Position numbers and translations under genes: made by a program. 32,000 nt of DNA from an uncultured archaeon (GTDB taxonomy: Archaea > Iainarchaeota > Iainarchaeia > Iainarchaeales > 0-14-0-20-30-16). The stretch lies in the NCBI GenBank assembly GCA_964480435.1, contig CAYZSS010000007.1:485-32484 (forward strand), read 5' to 3'. Under the pieces are notes generated by a model that saw only the letters and a list, made by a program, of their open reading frames with translations, did no database searches and was not told where the DNA came from. This document shows positions 11,787-19,533 of this stretch, in pieces (the stretch's first letter is position 1; each line of letters begins with the position of its first letter).

Positions 11787-12029
11787 ATGAATACGCAAAT
11801 AAGTCTGAAGTTATCTGATAAACTATTTGATTTAGCTAGAGAATATTCTGAAGAAAAAGGTTATACAAATATGCAAGAATTTATCAGGGAACTAATAAGA
11901 GAAAAACTATTTGAAAAGGAACAGGTATCTGGGGTTTGCACTTCTTTGGCAAGCGAAAAAGCTTTAGCAAAAAATTGGCTTAATAAGGAGGAAGATAAGG
12001 CTTGGGCACATTTACAAAAGGTGAAATAG
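11787..12029 (+). CDS. ribbon-helix-helix (CopG-like) antitoxin
   Basis: N-terminal beta strand plus two helices (TQISLKLSDKLFDLAREYSEEKGYTNMQEFIRELIREKL). Overlaps the downstream PemK/MazF gene. TTAAATAT occurs twice upstream (11757-11764, 11777-11784). Confidence 0.7.
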   Translation: MNTQISLKLSDKLFDLAREYSEEKGYTNMQEFIRELIREKLFEKEQVSGVCTSLASEKALAKNWLNKEEDKAWAHLQKVK

Positions 12030-12340
12030 TATTATTTCCGTTTCCTTATACTGATCAGAGTTATCAAAAATTACGCCCTTGCCTTGTAGTGTCTAATGAA
12101 ATGAAAAACGATGTTTTGTTGTGCCAAATAACATCACAAAACATTAGTAAAGATTCTTATTCTATAGAACTAGGAAAAAATGAAACTGAAAATGGCTCTT
12201 TGTTAATTGATAGTTATATTAGAGCAAATATGCTTTTTACTGCTGATAGCTCGCAGATAGTGAAAAAAATATGCAACATAAAAACATCAAAATATTCCTT
12301 AGTAGTAAAAAAGATAATTGAAATTATATCAAAAACTTGA
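12002..12340 (+). CDS. PemK/MazF-family endoribonuclease toxin
   Basis: KGEIVLFPFPYTDQSYQKLRPCLVVS...LLCQITSQ. No in-frame ATG near the 5' end (TTG at 12002), so the start is uncertain. Confidence 0.75.
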   Translation: MGTFTKGEIVLFPFPYTDQSYQKLRPCLVVSNEMKNDVLLCQITSQNISKDSYSIELGKNETENGSLLIDSYIRANMLFTADSSQIVKKICNIKTSKYSLVVKKIIEIISKT

Positions 12341-12347
12341 GTAAGCG

Positions 12348-12794
12348 ATGTTTATGATTACTGTAAAAATAGCAGAAACTAAAGAAGAAATAGAACAGGC
12401 TTTTATGATAAGGGAAGAAGTCTTTATCAAAGGCCAAAATATACCAAGAGAAATAGAAATGGATGGTTTAGATAAAGACGCAATTCAGATAATATTATAT
12501 TACTCTAATTCAAAAGAAAAAAATAAGCCTGTTGGTTGCGGTAGAATTAGAATAATAGGTAAGAACGCAAAGTTAGAAAGGGCTGCAGTCCTAGAAAGCT
12601 TTAGGGCACAAGGGTTTGGGAAAGAAATTATAAAATATATGGTTAAGTATGCAAAAGAAAAAGGCTACAAAGAAATCTATCTGAATGCACAATACCATCT
12701 GTTAGACTATTATAAGAAACTTGGATTCAAAGAAGTAGGAGAGCCCTTTGAAGAAGCAGGAATAAAGCATATAAAACTGGTTCTTGTACAATAA
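12348..12794 (+). CDS. GNAT family N-acetyltransferase (ElaA/YjcF-like)
   Basis: REEVFIKGQNIP...VGCGRIRI...LERAAVLESFRAQGFGKEII...YYKKLGF. Confidence 0.8.
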   Translation: MFMITVKIAETKEEIEQAFMIREEVFIKGQNIPREIEMDGLDKDAIQIILYYSNSKEKNKPVGCGRIRIIGKNAKLERAAVLESFRAQGFGKEIIKYMVKYAKEKGYKEIYLNAQYHLLDYYKKLGFKEVGEPFEEAGIKHIKLVLVQ

Positions 12795-12825
12795 AGAATA
12801 TAAACTAGTTTAGTTATTTCTTTTT

Positions 12826-13434
12826 ATGCTTGGAATTGCTAGTATTACTTTGGTGGATTTTTTAACAAAACTAAAACCTTTGATTTGGTTTACTATTGGA
12901 ATTGTCATTTACTCTATATTTATTTTTAAGTTTTATAGGTTTGTAGCAAGAAGAGATATCTTTAGCTTAAATCTGGGTAAGTATAATAATCGTGATAGGG
13001 GATTCTTTTTTTACGTTTTTGAAGTATTTTTTTATCTTTTGGAACACATTCTGATTTTGCCGATATTTATCTTTTTTTGGTTTATTGTATTTGTAGTATT
13101 AATTTCATTTTTAACTGATAGTTTAACTGCGGTAAACGTTTTAGTTGTTGCAATGTCTTTAGTTGCATCAATCAGGGTAACTGCTTATATTACTGAGGAT
13201 TTATCTAAGGACTTAGCAAAAATGTTGCCTTTTGCATTATTAGGCATTTTTTTAATTGATATTAATTTTTATTCTTTATCTCATGCACTATCTATTATTA
13301 CTTCTCTTCCAGCATTATGGCTTAATATGGTTTACTATTTTGTATTCATAATCGCCTTAGAACTGATATTAAGATTATTCCATGGTTTTATTAGTATACT
13401 TTCCTATAAAAAAGAAGAACCTGTTGAAGAATAA
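12826..13434 (+). CDS. polytopic membrane protein, unknown function
   Basis: About 5-6 hydrophobic segments. No recognised motif. Confidence 0.55.
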   Translation: MLGIASITLVDFLTKLKPLIWFTIGIVIYSIFIFKFYRFVARRDIFSLNLGKYNNRDRGFFFYVFEVFFYLLEHILILPIFIFFWFIVFVVLISFLTDSLTAVNVLVVAMSLVASIRVTAYITEDLSKDLAKMLPFALLGIFLIDINFYSLSHALSIITSLPALWLNMVYYFVFIIALELILRLFHGFISILSYKKEEPVEE

Positions 13435-13450
13435 TTTTTGTGTGATGTTA

Positions 13451-13537
13451 TGGAAATAGAAGTAGATTATACTCCAAGCCCTAGAGACCACTTCTTTATA
13501 TCAATAAAACTAGGGGGAAATAAATATGATTATTGAA
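13451..13537 (+). pseudogene. frameshifted N-terminal fragment resembling the start of the downstream gene
   Basis: MEIEVDYTPSPRDHFFIQ* then, in the next frame, YSIKLGGNKYDY*. Compare the downstream MIIEIDPNPSNSKNKNNYFISVKLNKKKW. Confidence 0.3.
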
Positions 13538-13966
13538 ATAGATCCTAATCCCTCAAATTCAAAAAATAAGAATAACTATTTTATTTCTGTTAAATTAAAC
13601 AAGAAGAAGTGGCTATCATTTGACAATACAACTAAAGGGCACAGAATCATGATGCAAGTATTAAAAGAAATTAAACCTCAACCAAAAAATAAGAAAATTA
13701 ATGGCAAATGGGATGTATTAATAATCAAAAATAGAAAACTTATTGATAAATACAAAGTAAAATGGATTGATATGGATAAGTTAGATTGGATCAATGATGA
13801 AATTTGGGATACTGTTTGGACAAAGCCAATAACAAAAACCGTTTCAGATAAACTGTTGAAGTATTCACAATTTGTTTCTGATAATTATCAAGAGCTATAT
13901 AAACACAAAGATAAAATGAAAGAGTTTGAATCTTTTTTGAAAGAAATAATGAAAACGTATTGCTAA
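13526..13966 (+). CDS. hypothetical protein (Lys/Trp-rich, 146 aa)
   Basis: Clean ORF with GGGGGA upstream. No recognisable family. Confidence 0.55.
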   Translation: MIIEIDPNPSNSKNKNNYFISVKLNKKKWLSFDNTTKGHRIMMQVLKEIKPQPKNKKINGKWDVLIIKNRKLIDKYKVKWIDMDKLDWINDEIWDTVWTKPITKTVSDKLLKYSQFVSDNYQELYKHKDKMKEFESFLKEIMKTYC

Positions 13967-13991
13967 CTGCTGTTTTTTTGGCAATAACACC

Positions 13992-14024
13992 ATATTAATA
14001 TAAAGTTAATGTTATATTAATATA
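13992..14024. promoter_or_regulatory. candidate TA operator / promoter: 10-bp palindrome ATATTAATAT twice, 22 bp apart
   Basis: ATATTAATATA at 13992-14002 and 14014-14024. AAGGTGG Shine-Dalgarno at 14030-14036 and the antitoxin ATG at 14041. Confidence 0.45.
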
Positions 14025-14040
14025 GTATTAAGGTGGTTTT

Positions 14041-14277
14041 ATGGTTCAAAGTATAATAAATATATCTTCTGATACAAATATGGTTCTAAATGTAATAAAA
14101 GCAAAATATGGCCTTAAAGATAAAAGTCAGGCAATAAATGTTATGGCTGAGCAATATAAAGAAAAATTGCTTGAGCCACAATATAAACCTGAATTTTTAG
14201 CAAAAATAAAAAAAATCGAAAAAGAGAAAGGAATAAAGGTCAAAAGCTTTGCGAAAAGATATGGTTTAAGTGATTAA
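14041..14277 (+). CDS. archaeal antitoxin (DUF2683-like) of RelE-type TA pair
   Basis: NMVLNVIKAKYGLKDKSQAINVMAEQY matches the small archaeal antitoxin family as I recall it. Lies 2 nt upstream of the RelE-like gene. Confidence 0.6.
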   Translation: MVQSIINISSDTNMVLNVIKAKYGLKDKSQAINVMAEQYKEKLLEPQYKPEFLAKIKKIEKEKGIKVKSFAKRYGLSD

Positions 14278-14279
14278 AG

Positions 14280-14561
14280 ATGTATTCTTTGTTTGTTAAA
14301 CCCTACGCTGATAAAATATTTAAAAAACTGGGTAGTAGGGATAAACAAGAACTAATTAATATTTATAAGAAAATAACACAAATACAGGAAAGTCCAAATC
14401 GGAATTATAATTTTTTACATTCCCCATTACAAAGCTACCAACATGTTCATGTAAATAAAAGCTTTGTACTTATTTTCAAAATATTTCATAATAAAAAACA
14501 AGTAGAAATTTATTCTTATGAACATCACGATGATGTCTATCTTGGAAAATGGGTTGAATAA
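14280..14561 (+). CDS. RelE/ParE-superfamily toxin
   Basis: 93 aa with KIFKKL...RDKQEL..I.KKI..I...P...YNFLHSPLQSYQHVHVNKSFVLIFKI...KKQVEIYSYEHHDDVY, typical RelE topology and size. Confidence 0.65.
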   Translation: MYSLFVKPYADKIFKKLGSRDKQELINIYKKITQIQESPNRNYNFLHSPLQSYQHVHVNKSFVLIFKIFHNKKQVEIYSYEHHDDVYLGKWVE

Positions 14562-14597
14562 AAAAGCTAAGAAAAATTAGTTGTGGTTTATTCAAGC

Positions 14598-15587
14598 TTA
14601 ATCATATCTATTTGCATTATCGTACCAAATAACTAAGAAAGATTTGTTTTTTACTTTTTTTGAAATCTCTAAAGTAATAGCTAATCCTGCTCTGGTACTT
14701 TTGCCATATTTTCTTTTTGGAATTGAATCCCAGTGTGGTAGACTTGGCGCGTTTTTAGAAGTAATTTTTTTGTAATTAGCATCTTGTTCTTTGTCACTTA
14801 CTAAATACACATCATCAATTAAATTTTGATTTATTGCATGTGTAATATGTGGAAATATAATTCCTTGATAACTTGTACCTCTTAGTTTGTGTTTGGGTAA
14901 GGTGCCTGGTTTAATACCATATTTTTTTTCATATTTTCCAGGATATAGTTGGTCATAAGCAACTGCGGATTGAAATGACTCAAACGCAACTATTTTTGCT
15001 CCTCTTTTTTTGAATATTTTTCCAGGCCCTAAAATAGAAGAACCATTTCCTACTGCAGGAATATAATAATCGATTTTGTCTTTAGTTTCTTTTGCAATAT
15101 TGCATAATGCATCTAAAGTTATTTGGTTGTCAGAAAACCCAGCATCTGTTTTTCTGCCCATAGAGTGGTTAAGATAAACAAATCCTTTGTCCCATGGTTT
15201 AAACTCTTTTAGAAACTTTGGAAATCCAGCAATATAATCTTTTTCAGGTGTAAAATAAATCTTTGCTCCATAATCTGTAATCACTTTAATTATTGCCTTA
15301 TCTATTCCTTTAGGAATAGCAACATGCGCTTTATAGCCTAGCTCTTTTGCTATGCCCGCAAAAGATGCTCCAGCAGTTCCTGAAGATGTTTCAAACACTT
15401 TTGCCCCTTTTTTTAAAACTCCTGTTTTTTCATAATGTCGAAATAGTGCAAGGTATACTCTGTCGTAATGGCTTCCAAAAGGATTAGAACACTCTTTTTT
15501 TAGAAAGATCTTGTTGTTGTTTGGAACCTTGCCTTTATATTCTATTAGCGGGGTATTTCTTATTTTTGTTATACTGTTTTGTTCCAT
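14598..15587 (-). CDS. fold-type II PLP-enzyme-like protein (CysK/CBS family) lacking the canonical Schiff-base lysine
   Basis: TPLIEY, NPFGSHYDR (family motif NPxGSxKDR), ETSSGTAGASFA, AVGNGSSILG, KHKLRG, STRAGLA. Confidence 0.7.
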   Translation of the reverse strand: MEQNSITKIRNTPLIEYKGKVPNNNKIFLKKECSNPFGSHYDRVYLALFRHYEKTGVLKKGAKVFETSSGTAGASFAGIAKELGYKAHVAIPKGIDKAIIKVITDYGAKIYFTPEKDYIAGFPKFLKEFKPWDKGFVYLNHSMGRKTDAGFSDNQITLDALCNIAKETKDKIDYYIPAVGNGSSILGPGKIFKKRGAKIVAFESFQSAVAYDQLYPGKYEKKYGIKPGTLPKHKLRGTSYQGIIFPHITHAINQNLIDDVYLVSDKEQDANYKKITSKNAPSLPHWDSIPKRKYGKSTRAGLAITLEISKKVKNKSFLVIWYDNANRYD

Positions 15588-15632
15588 ATTAAATCATACT
15601 GACAAACATTTAATAAAATTGTGCAAAAAGAA

Positions 15633-16370
15633 TTACTTTTTGGCAACTTTTGTCCAAAGGTATTTGAAATATGCCTTATAACTTTCTGCAATATCCTGGT
15701 TTTCTATGGCAAAAGCGAAAAGTTCTTTTCCATAAGAGTAATTAACTACTTTGTTGCCGTGAATGCCAATAACTACTGGGTTTGCGCTGAATTCTTTTGG
15801 TAAAAACTTTACTTCTTCGGAAACCCATGGCTTTATTTTGCCTTTCATTTCTGCACGTAGTATGTTGTAAAGCTTTATCCCTTTGGCTACTCTTTTTTTA
15901 TTCCACATTGCAAAAAAAGAAGGATATTTTTTTGGAACATAACGTCCAGAACCAATCCAATAAATTTCTTTATAGTTTAAGGAATCATCCCAAATTGTTT
16001 TTATTCCTTCTTTGCCTCTAAAGATTTCTCCATTTATTGTTGGCTGGCAAGAATTAAATTTTTTAATTAGTTCAGGTATTTGTTTCTGTGCTTCTTTTTT
16101 AATTTTTACTAAATTGTTTTCCTTATCTTCAATATAACTTATGATTTTCTCTGGACTTGTTGTCTTAAATAATCTCTTTTTGTTTTCTTGTATATATGTA
16201 ACTAGCCCCCGCTCAATAAGTTTATTTAAAATATCATAAATGTTTCTTCGTTCAATACCTGTTTTTTCGTGGATTTTTGCTATGTTTGATAAACCTAGAT
16301 CAAGCAATACAGAATAAACTTTTATTTCGCCTTTGGAAAGCCCAATTTTTGCTAATATTTCTATATCCAT
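15633..16370 (-). CDS. TrmB-family transcriptional regulator (paralog 1)
   Basis: wHTH: MDIEILAKIGLSKGEIKVYSVLLDLGLSNIAKIHEKTGIERRNIYDILNKLIERGLV. Similar over its full length to 22194-22913. Start set at the ATG at 16370 (the track start 16430 adds 20 implausible residues). Confidence 0.8.
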   Translation of the reverse strand: MDIEILAKIGLSKGEIKVYSVLLDLGLSNIAKIHEKTGIERRNIYDILNKLIERGLVTYIQENKKRLFKTTSPEKIISYIEDKENNLVKIKKEAQKQIPELIKKFNSCQPTINGEIFRGKEGIKTIWDDSLNYKEIYWIGSGRYVPKKYPSFFAMWNKKRVAKGIKLYNILRAEMKGKIKPWVSEEVKFLPKEFSANPVVIGIHGNKVVNYSYGKELFAFAIENQDIAESYKAYFKYLWTKVAKK

Positions 16371-16405
16371 AATAAAAATTACTACCAAAATGTTTATAAC
16401 TTTGG

Positions 16406-16439
16406 TGTTGTTACAGTACCACAAATACATATATACTGC
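16406..16439. promoter_or_regulatory. candidate TrmB operator / bidirectional promoter core (copy 1)
   Basis: Imperfect palindrome TGTTGTTAC-A-GTACCACAA (16406-16424), then GTACCACAAATACATATATACTGC (16416-16439), which is 20/24 identical to 22958-22981. Confidence 0.5.
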
Positions 16440-16457
16440 TGGAGAGCCAGAGATATT

Positions 16458-17468
16458 ATGGACAAAAAAATCAAACTTTATCTTTCCCTCGGCATAATCT
16501 GTTTTGTGGTTATAATGGGATTAATTATTATATTTGGTGTGACAAATAAACCACTATTTGCATTGACAACTGATAACAACTCAACAGAGGAAATTAGGCT
16601 GGCTTGGATGAATAGCTGGGCAGAAAGTGCAATACCTGCAATAACAATGGAACATACTGATTTTGCAAAAAATAATGGTTTAACTATAAATTATATGGGG
16701 TTTCAGTATGGCCCCCCTATGGTAGAGGCTGGGGTGGCTGGGAATGCAGATGTGTTGTTTGTGGGAATACTTCCCGCAATAAGTCTATTATCAGCATCTG
16801 ATAATTGGGTTATAGTAGGTAGGTTAGGTTATTTTCAAAATTCTTTAGTTATAAGAGCGGATTTGAATATTAATTCCATATCTGAGTTAAAAGAAAAAAA
16901 GATTGCTTTGCCTGTGGCTACCGGTCCACATCCTGTGGTATATAAGTTGCTGCAAGATAATGGTTTAGACCCTGAGATAGATTTAACTTTGTTAAATATT
17001 AAACCCTCTGATATGGGGGTTGCATTTCAAACTAAACAAATAGATGCGGCATCTTGGGGGGAACCACTGGTAACAATATTTGCAAAAAATAAAATTGCTT
17101 ATCCTCTTATTTCTTGGACAGATATTGCGGTAATAATTTTCAATAAATCATTTGTTGAAAAAAACCCAGAAGAAGTAAAATTATTTTTGAAATCTTTGAA
17201 AGAGTCTTTTTACTATTTTTCACAAAATAGTGACGAGATTTTCAAAATAGCACCACAAGAAACCGTTTTTGATTACAACTTAATAAGAGAAATCACCTTA
17301 GTTGAACCAAACTATTTTGCAAAAAGTTTAGGAGATATTAACTTTGATATACCTAAAGACTGGATACCAATAATGCAACAAAAAGCAGATTTTGAATACA
17401 ACGAAGGCTTTTTTAAAAAACTAGTTGATGTTAACAAAAATATTGATTTAAATTTTGTGCCTGAGTGA
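16458..17468 (+). CDS. ABC transporter substrate-binding protein, NitT/TauT (SsuA/NMT1-like) family, N-terminal TM anchor
   Basis: Signal-anchor helix followed by a PBP2-like fold pattern. First gene of an SBP-permease-ATPase operon with 4- and 8-nt overlaps. Confidence 0.7.
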   Translation: MDKKIKLYLSLGIICFVVIMGLIIIFGVTNKPLFALTTDNNSTEEIRLAWMNSWAESAIPAITMEHTDFAKNNGLTINYMGFQYGPPMVEAGVAGNADVLFVGILPAISLLSASDNWVIVGRLGYFQNSLVIRADLNINSISELKEKKIALPVATGPHPVVYKLLQDNGLDPEIDLTLLNIKPSDMGVAFQTKQIDAASWGEPLVTIFAKNKIAYPLISWTDIAVIIFNKSFVEKNPEEVKLFLKSLKESFYYFSQNSDEIFKIAPQETVFDYNLIREITLVEPNYFAKSLGDINFDIPKDWIPIMQQKADFEYNEGFFKKLVDVNKNIDLNFVPE

Positions 17469-18220
17469 TATTTTTGCAAAAAATAATAAAAATAATAATT
17501 TCTATTTTTGCATTTTTGTTTTTGTGGCAGTTAGTGTCATTTTTGTCAAATAGTATTTTTTTGCCGGGCCCAATAAAAATAATTTATTTATGTTTTAATA
17601 TGGTTGTTACTGGAGAAATATTCAAACATATGTTTTTAAGTGTAAGAAGAGTTGTCTTTGGCTTTTTGTGTGGATTACTTTTTGGTTTTATTACTGGGCT
17701 TATATTTGGGCTTACTGAATTAGGGGATTATTTTACTTCAATATTAGAAATATTTAGGCCTATTCCACCGATTGCTTGGATCCCTTTGGCTATTCTTTGG
17801 TTTGGAGTAGGGGATTCTTCATCAATATTTATTATTTTTATTGCTGCATTTTTTCCTGTATTTACAAATACTCTTTTTGGAATAAAATCCTTGCCAAAAA
17901 TATATTCTTACATTGGAAAAAACTTATCACTAACAAAAATGCAAAAATTTTGCCATATTACTTTGCCTTTTGTTTTGCCATATTCTTTTGTTGGTAGCAG
18001 AGTAAGTTTAGGGTTAAGTTGGATGGTAGTAATTGCTGCGGAAATGATTTCTGCTAGCTTTGGGTTAGGTTATTTAATAGAAGTGAATAGGTCATTAATG
18101 AATACCGATTTAGTTATTGCTACAATGTTATTTATTGGATTAACTGGTTTTTTGTTGAACAAAATTTTATCTTTAATAGAAAAAAAAGTAATTTATTGGA
18201 AGGGCGTTTCGCATGCTTGA
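17465..18220 (+). CDS. ABC transporter permease (NitT/TauT family)
   Basis: About 6 TM segments with the BPD-transporter inner-membrane layout. Overlaps both neighbours. Confidence 0.8.
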   Translation: MIFLQKIIKIIISIFAFLFLWQLVSFLSNSIFLPGPIKIIYLCFNMVVTGEIFKHMFLSVRRVVFGFLCGLLFGFITGLIFGLTELGDYFTSILEIFRPIPPIAWIPLAILWFGVGDSSSIFIIFIAAFFPVFTNTLFGIKSLPKIYSYIGKNLSLTKMQKFCHITLPFVLPYSFVGSRVSLGLSWMVVIAAEMISASFGLGYLIEVNRSLMNTDLVIATMLFIGLTGFLLNKILSLIEKKVIYWKGVSHA

Positions 18221-18956
18221 TAAAAATATATTTCTTGCAGTAAATGAATTAAGCTATAGTTACAAAGATGCAGAAAAAAACAAAGTCTTTGAAAATATTT
18301 CTTTTGAGTTGAAAGGAAATGAAATAATCGCCATTTTAGGAAAAAATGGCTGTGGAAAAACAACTTTGTTTAATGTTATTGCAGGGTTTTTAAAACAGGA
18401 TGGGGGGCAAATAAAGTATTCTAAAGAAATAAGAAAAAAATCGGTTGCGGTTGTTTTTCAAGAATATAGCCTCTTAGATTGGAAAACAGTTTTTGATAAT
18501 GTTGCTTTGGGATTAGCTTCTAAAAAGTTAAATAAAGAAGGAATAGCAAAAATAGTAGACAAAAATTTAAAATTGTTTGATTTATGCAAATTAAAAAATA
18601 GGCTGCCTATGCAACTATCTGGTGGTCAAAAACAAAGAGTGGCTGTAGCTAGGGCGTTTATTTCTGGGGCAGAAATATTATTATTAGATGAACCATTTAG
18701 CTCTTTAGATTATTATGGGAAAAATAAGTTAGAAGATGATTTGTACAAAATAATCAGAAAAGAAAAAAAGGGGGCAATATTAATTACTCATTCTGTTGAT
18801 GATGCTATTTTTTTTGCAGATCGGATTTTATTGATGAACTCCAAAGGAATTTATGGTATTGTAAATGTTAATCTGCTAAAACAAAGAACACAAGAAATAA
18901 AGACAAATAAAGCCTTTTTAAAGATAAAAAAAGAGGTTTTTATAAAAATGGTTTAG
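18213..18956 (+). CDS. ABC transporter ATP-binding protein
   Basis: Walker A GKNGCGKTT, signature LSGGQKQR, Walker B LLLDEPFSSLD, H-loop ITHS. Confidence 0.9.
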   Translation: MLDKNIFLAVNELSYSYKDAEKNKVFENISFELKGNEIIAILGKNGCGKTTLFNVIAGFLKQDGGQIKYSKEIRKKSVAVVFQEYSLLDWKTVFDNVALGLASKKLNKEGIAKIVDKNLKLFDLCKLKNRLPMQLSGGQKQRVAVARAFISGAEILLLDEPFSSLDYYGKNKLEDDLYKIIRKEKKGAILITHSVDDAIFFADRILLMNSKGIYGIVNVNLLKQRTQEIKTNKAFLKIKKEVFIKMV

Positions 18957-19004
18957 CTCTTACTTTACAAAAGTAATAAAAATTAAACTCTACTAAATGT
19001 AATT

Positions 19005-19532
19005 ATGGAAAACTTTGGAGAAAATGTAAAAATAATTTCTCTTGAGCCTGGCACTTGTACGGATATTGCTTGCCAACATTTCATAAAAACTGTTTTTTCA
19101 AAAAAAGCAGACATAATTTATGTTAAATCTTATCAGAAATTAATAAACTTGGCAAAGAAAGAAAAAAATTCAATTATTTTATTGCCACACATTAATCCCC
19201 TTTGTATAAAATTAGAACACGACTCAAATTGGAAAACACACACAGATTTGGTATTTTCATTACAAAACCCTCCATTATATCTTGCAAAAAATAATTTGAA
19301 GGAGCAGAATAATAAGTGTGCAACAATACCAGTATTAAAATGGTTAGTGAAACCTGAAAATTTTATCTTTGTTTCTGCAAAAAATACCCAAGAAGCAGCA
19401 GAGATAGCAAAAAAAGGAATATGTACTTATTGTATTACTAATGAAAATGGAGTTAAAAAGAATCCCCTTACAATTGTAAAAGAACTGAAAAAAATATTGG
19501 TTACTTGGATTATATTTAGTTATATTGGGTGA
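19005..19532 (+). CDS. prephenate-dehydratase-like (PBP2-fold) domain protein without ACT domain
   Basis: The order IISLEPGTCTDIACQHF ... ILLPHIN ... NTQEAAEIAKKG ... YCITNENGVKKNPL parallels the PDT domain (GPxGTFS ... VPIEN ... STAxAA ... AAI). Weak by-eye call. Confidence 0.35.
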   Translation: MENFGENVKIISLEPGTCTDIACQHFIKTVFSKKADIIYVKSYQKLINLAKKEKNSIILLPHINPLCIKLEHDSNWKTHTDLVFSLQNPPLYLAKNNLKEQNNKCATIPVLKWLVKPENFIFVSAKNTQEAAEIAKKGICTYCITNENGVKKNPLTIVKELKKILVTWIIFSYIG

Positions 19533-19533
19533 T

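Noticed and set aside
12348-12794. GNAT as a third (toxin) component of the RHH-MazF locus
   Set aside because: The sequence pattern (REEVF..GQNIP, GCGRIRI, RAQGFGKEII, YYKKLGF) fits the ElaA/YjcF housekeeping-type GNAT rather than TacT/AtaT-like toxins. Kept only as a low-priority check.
18960-18976. Hairpin TTACTTT-ACA-AAAGTAA after the ABC ATPase gene as a terminator
   Set aside because: The stem is almost all A/T (a single G-C pair) and has no following T-run. Such hairpins are expected by chance at this base composition.
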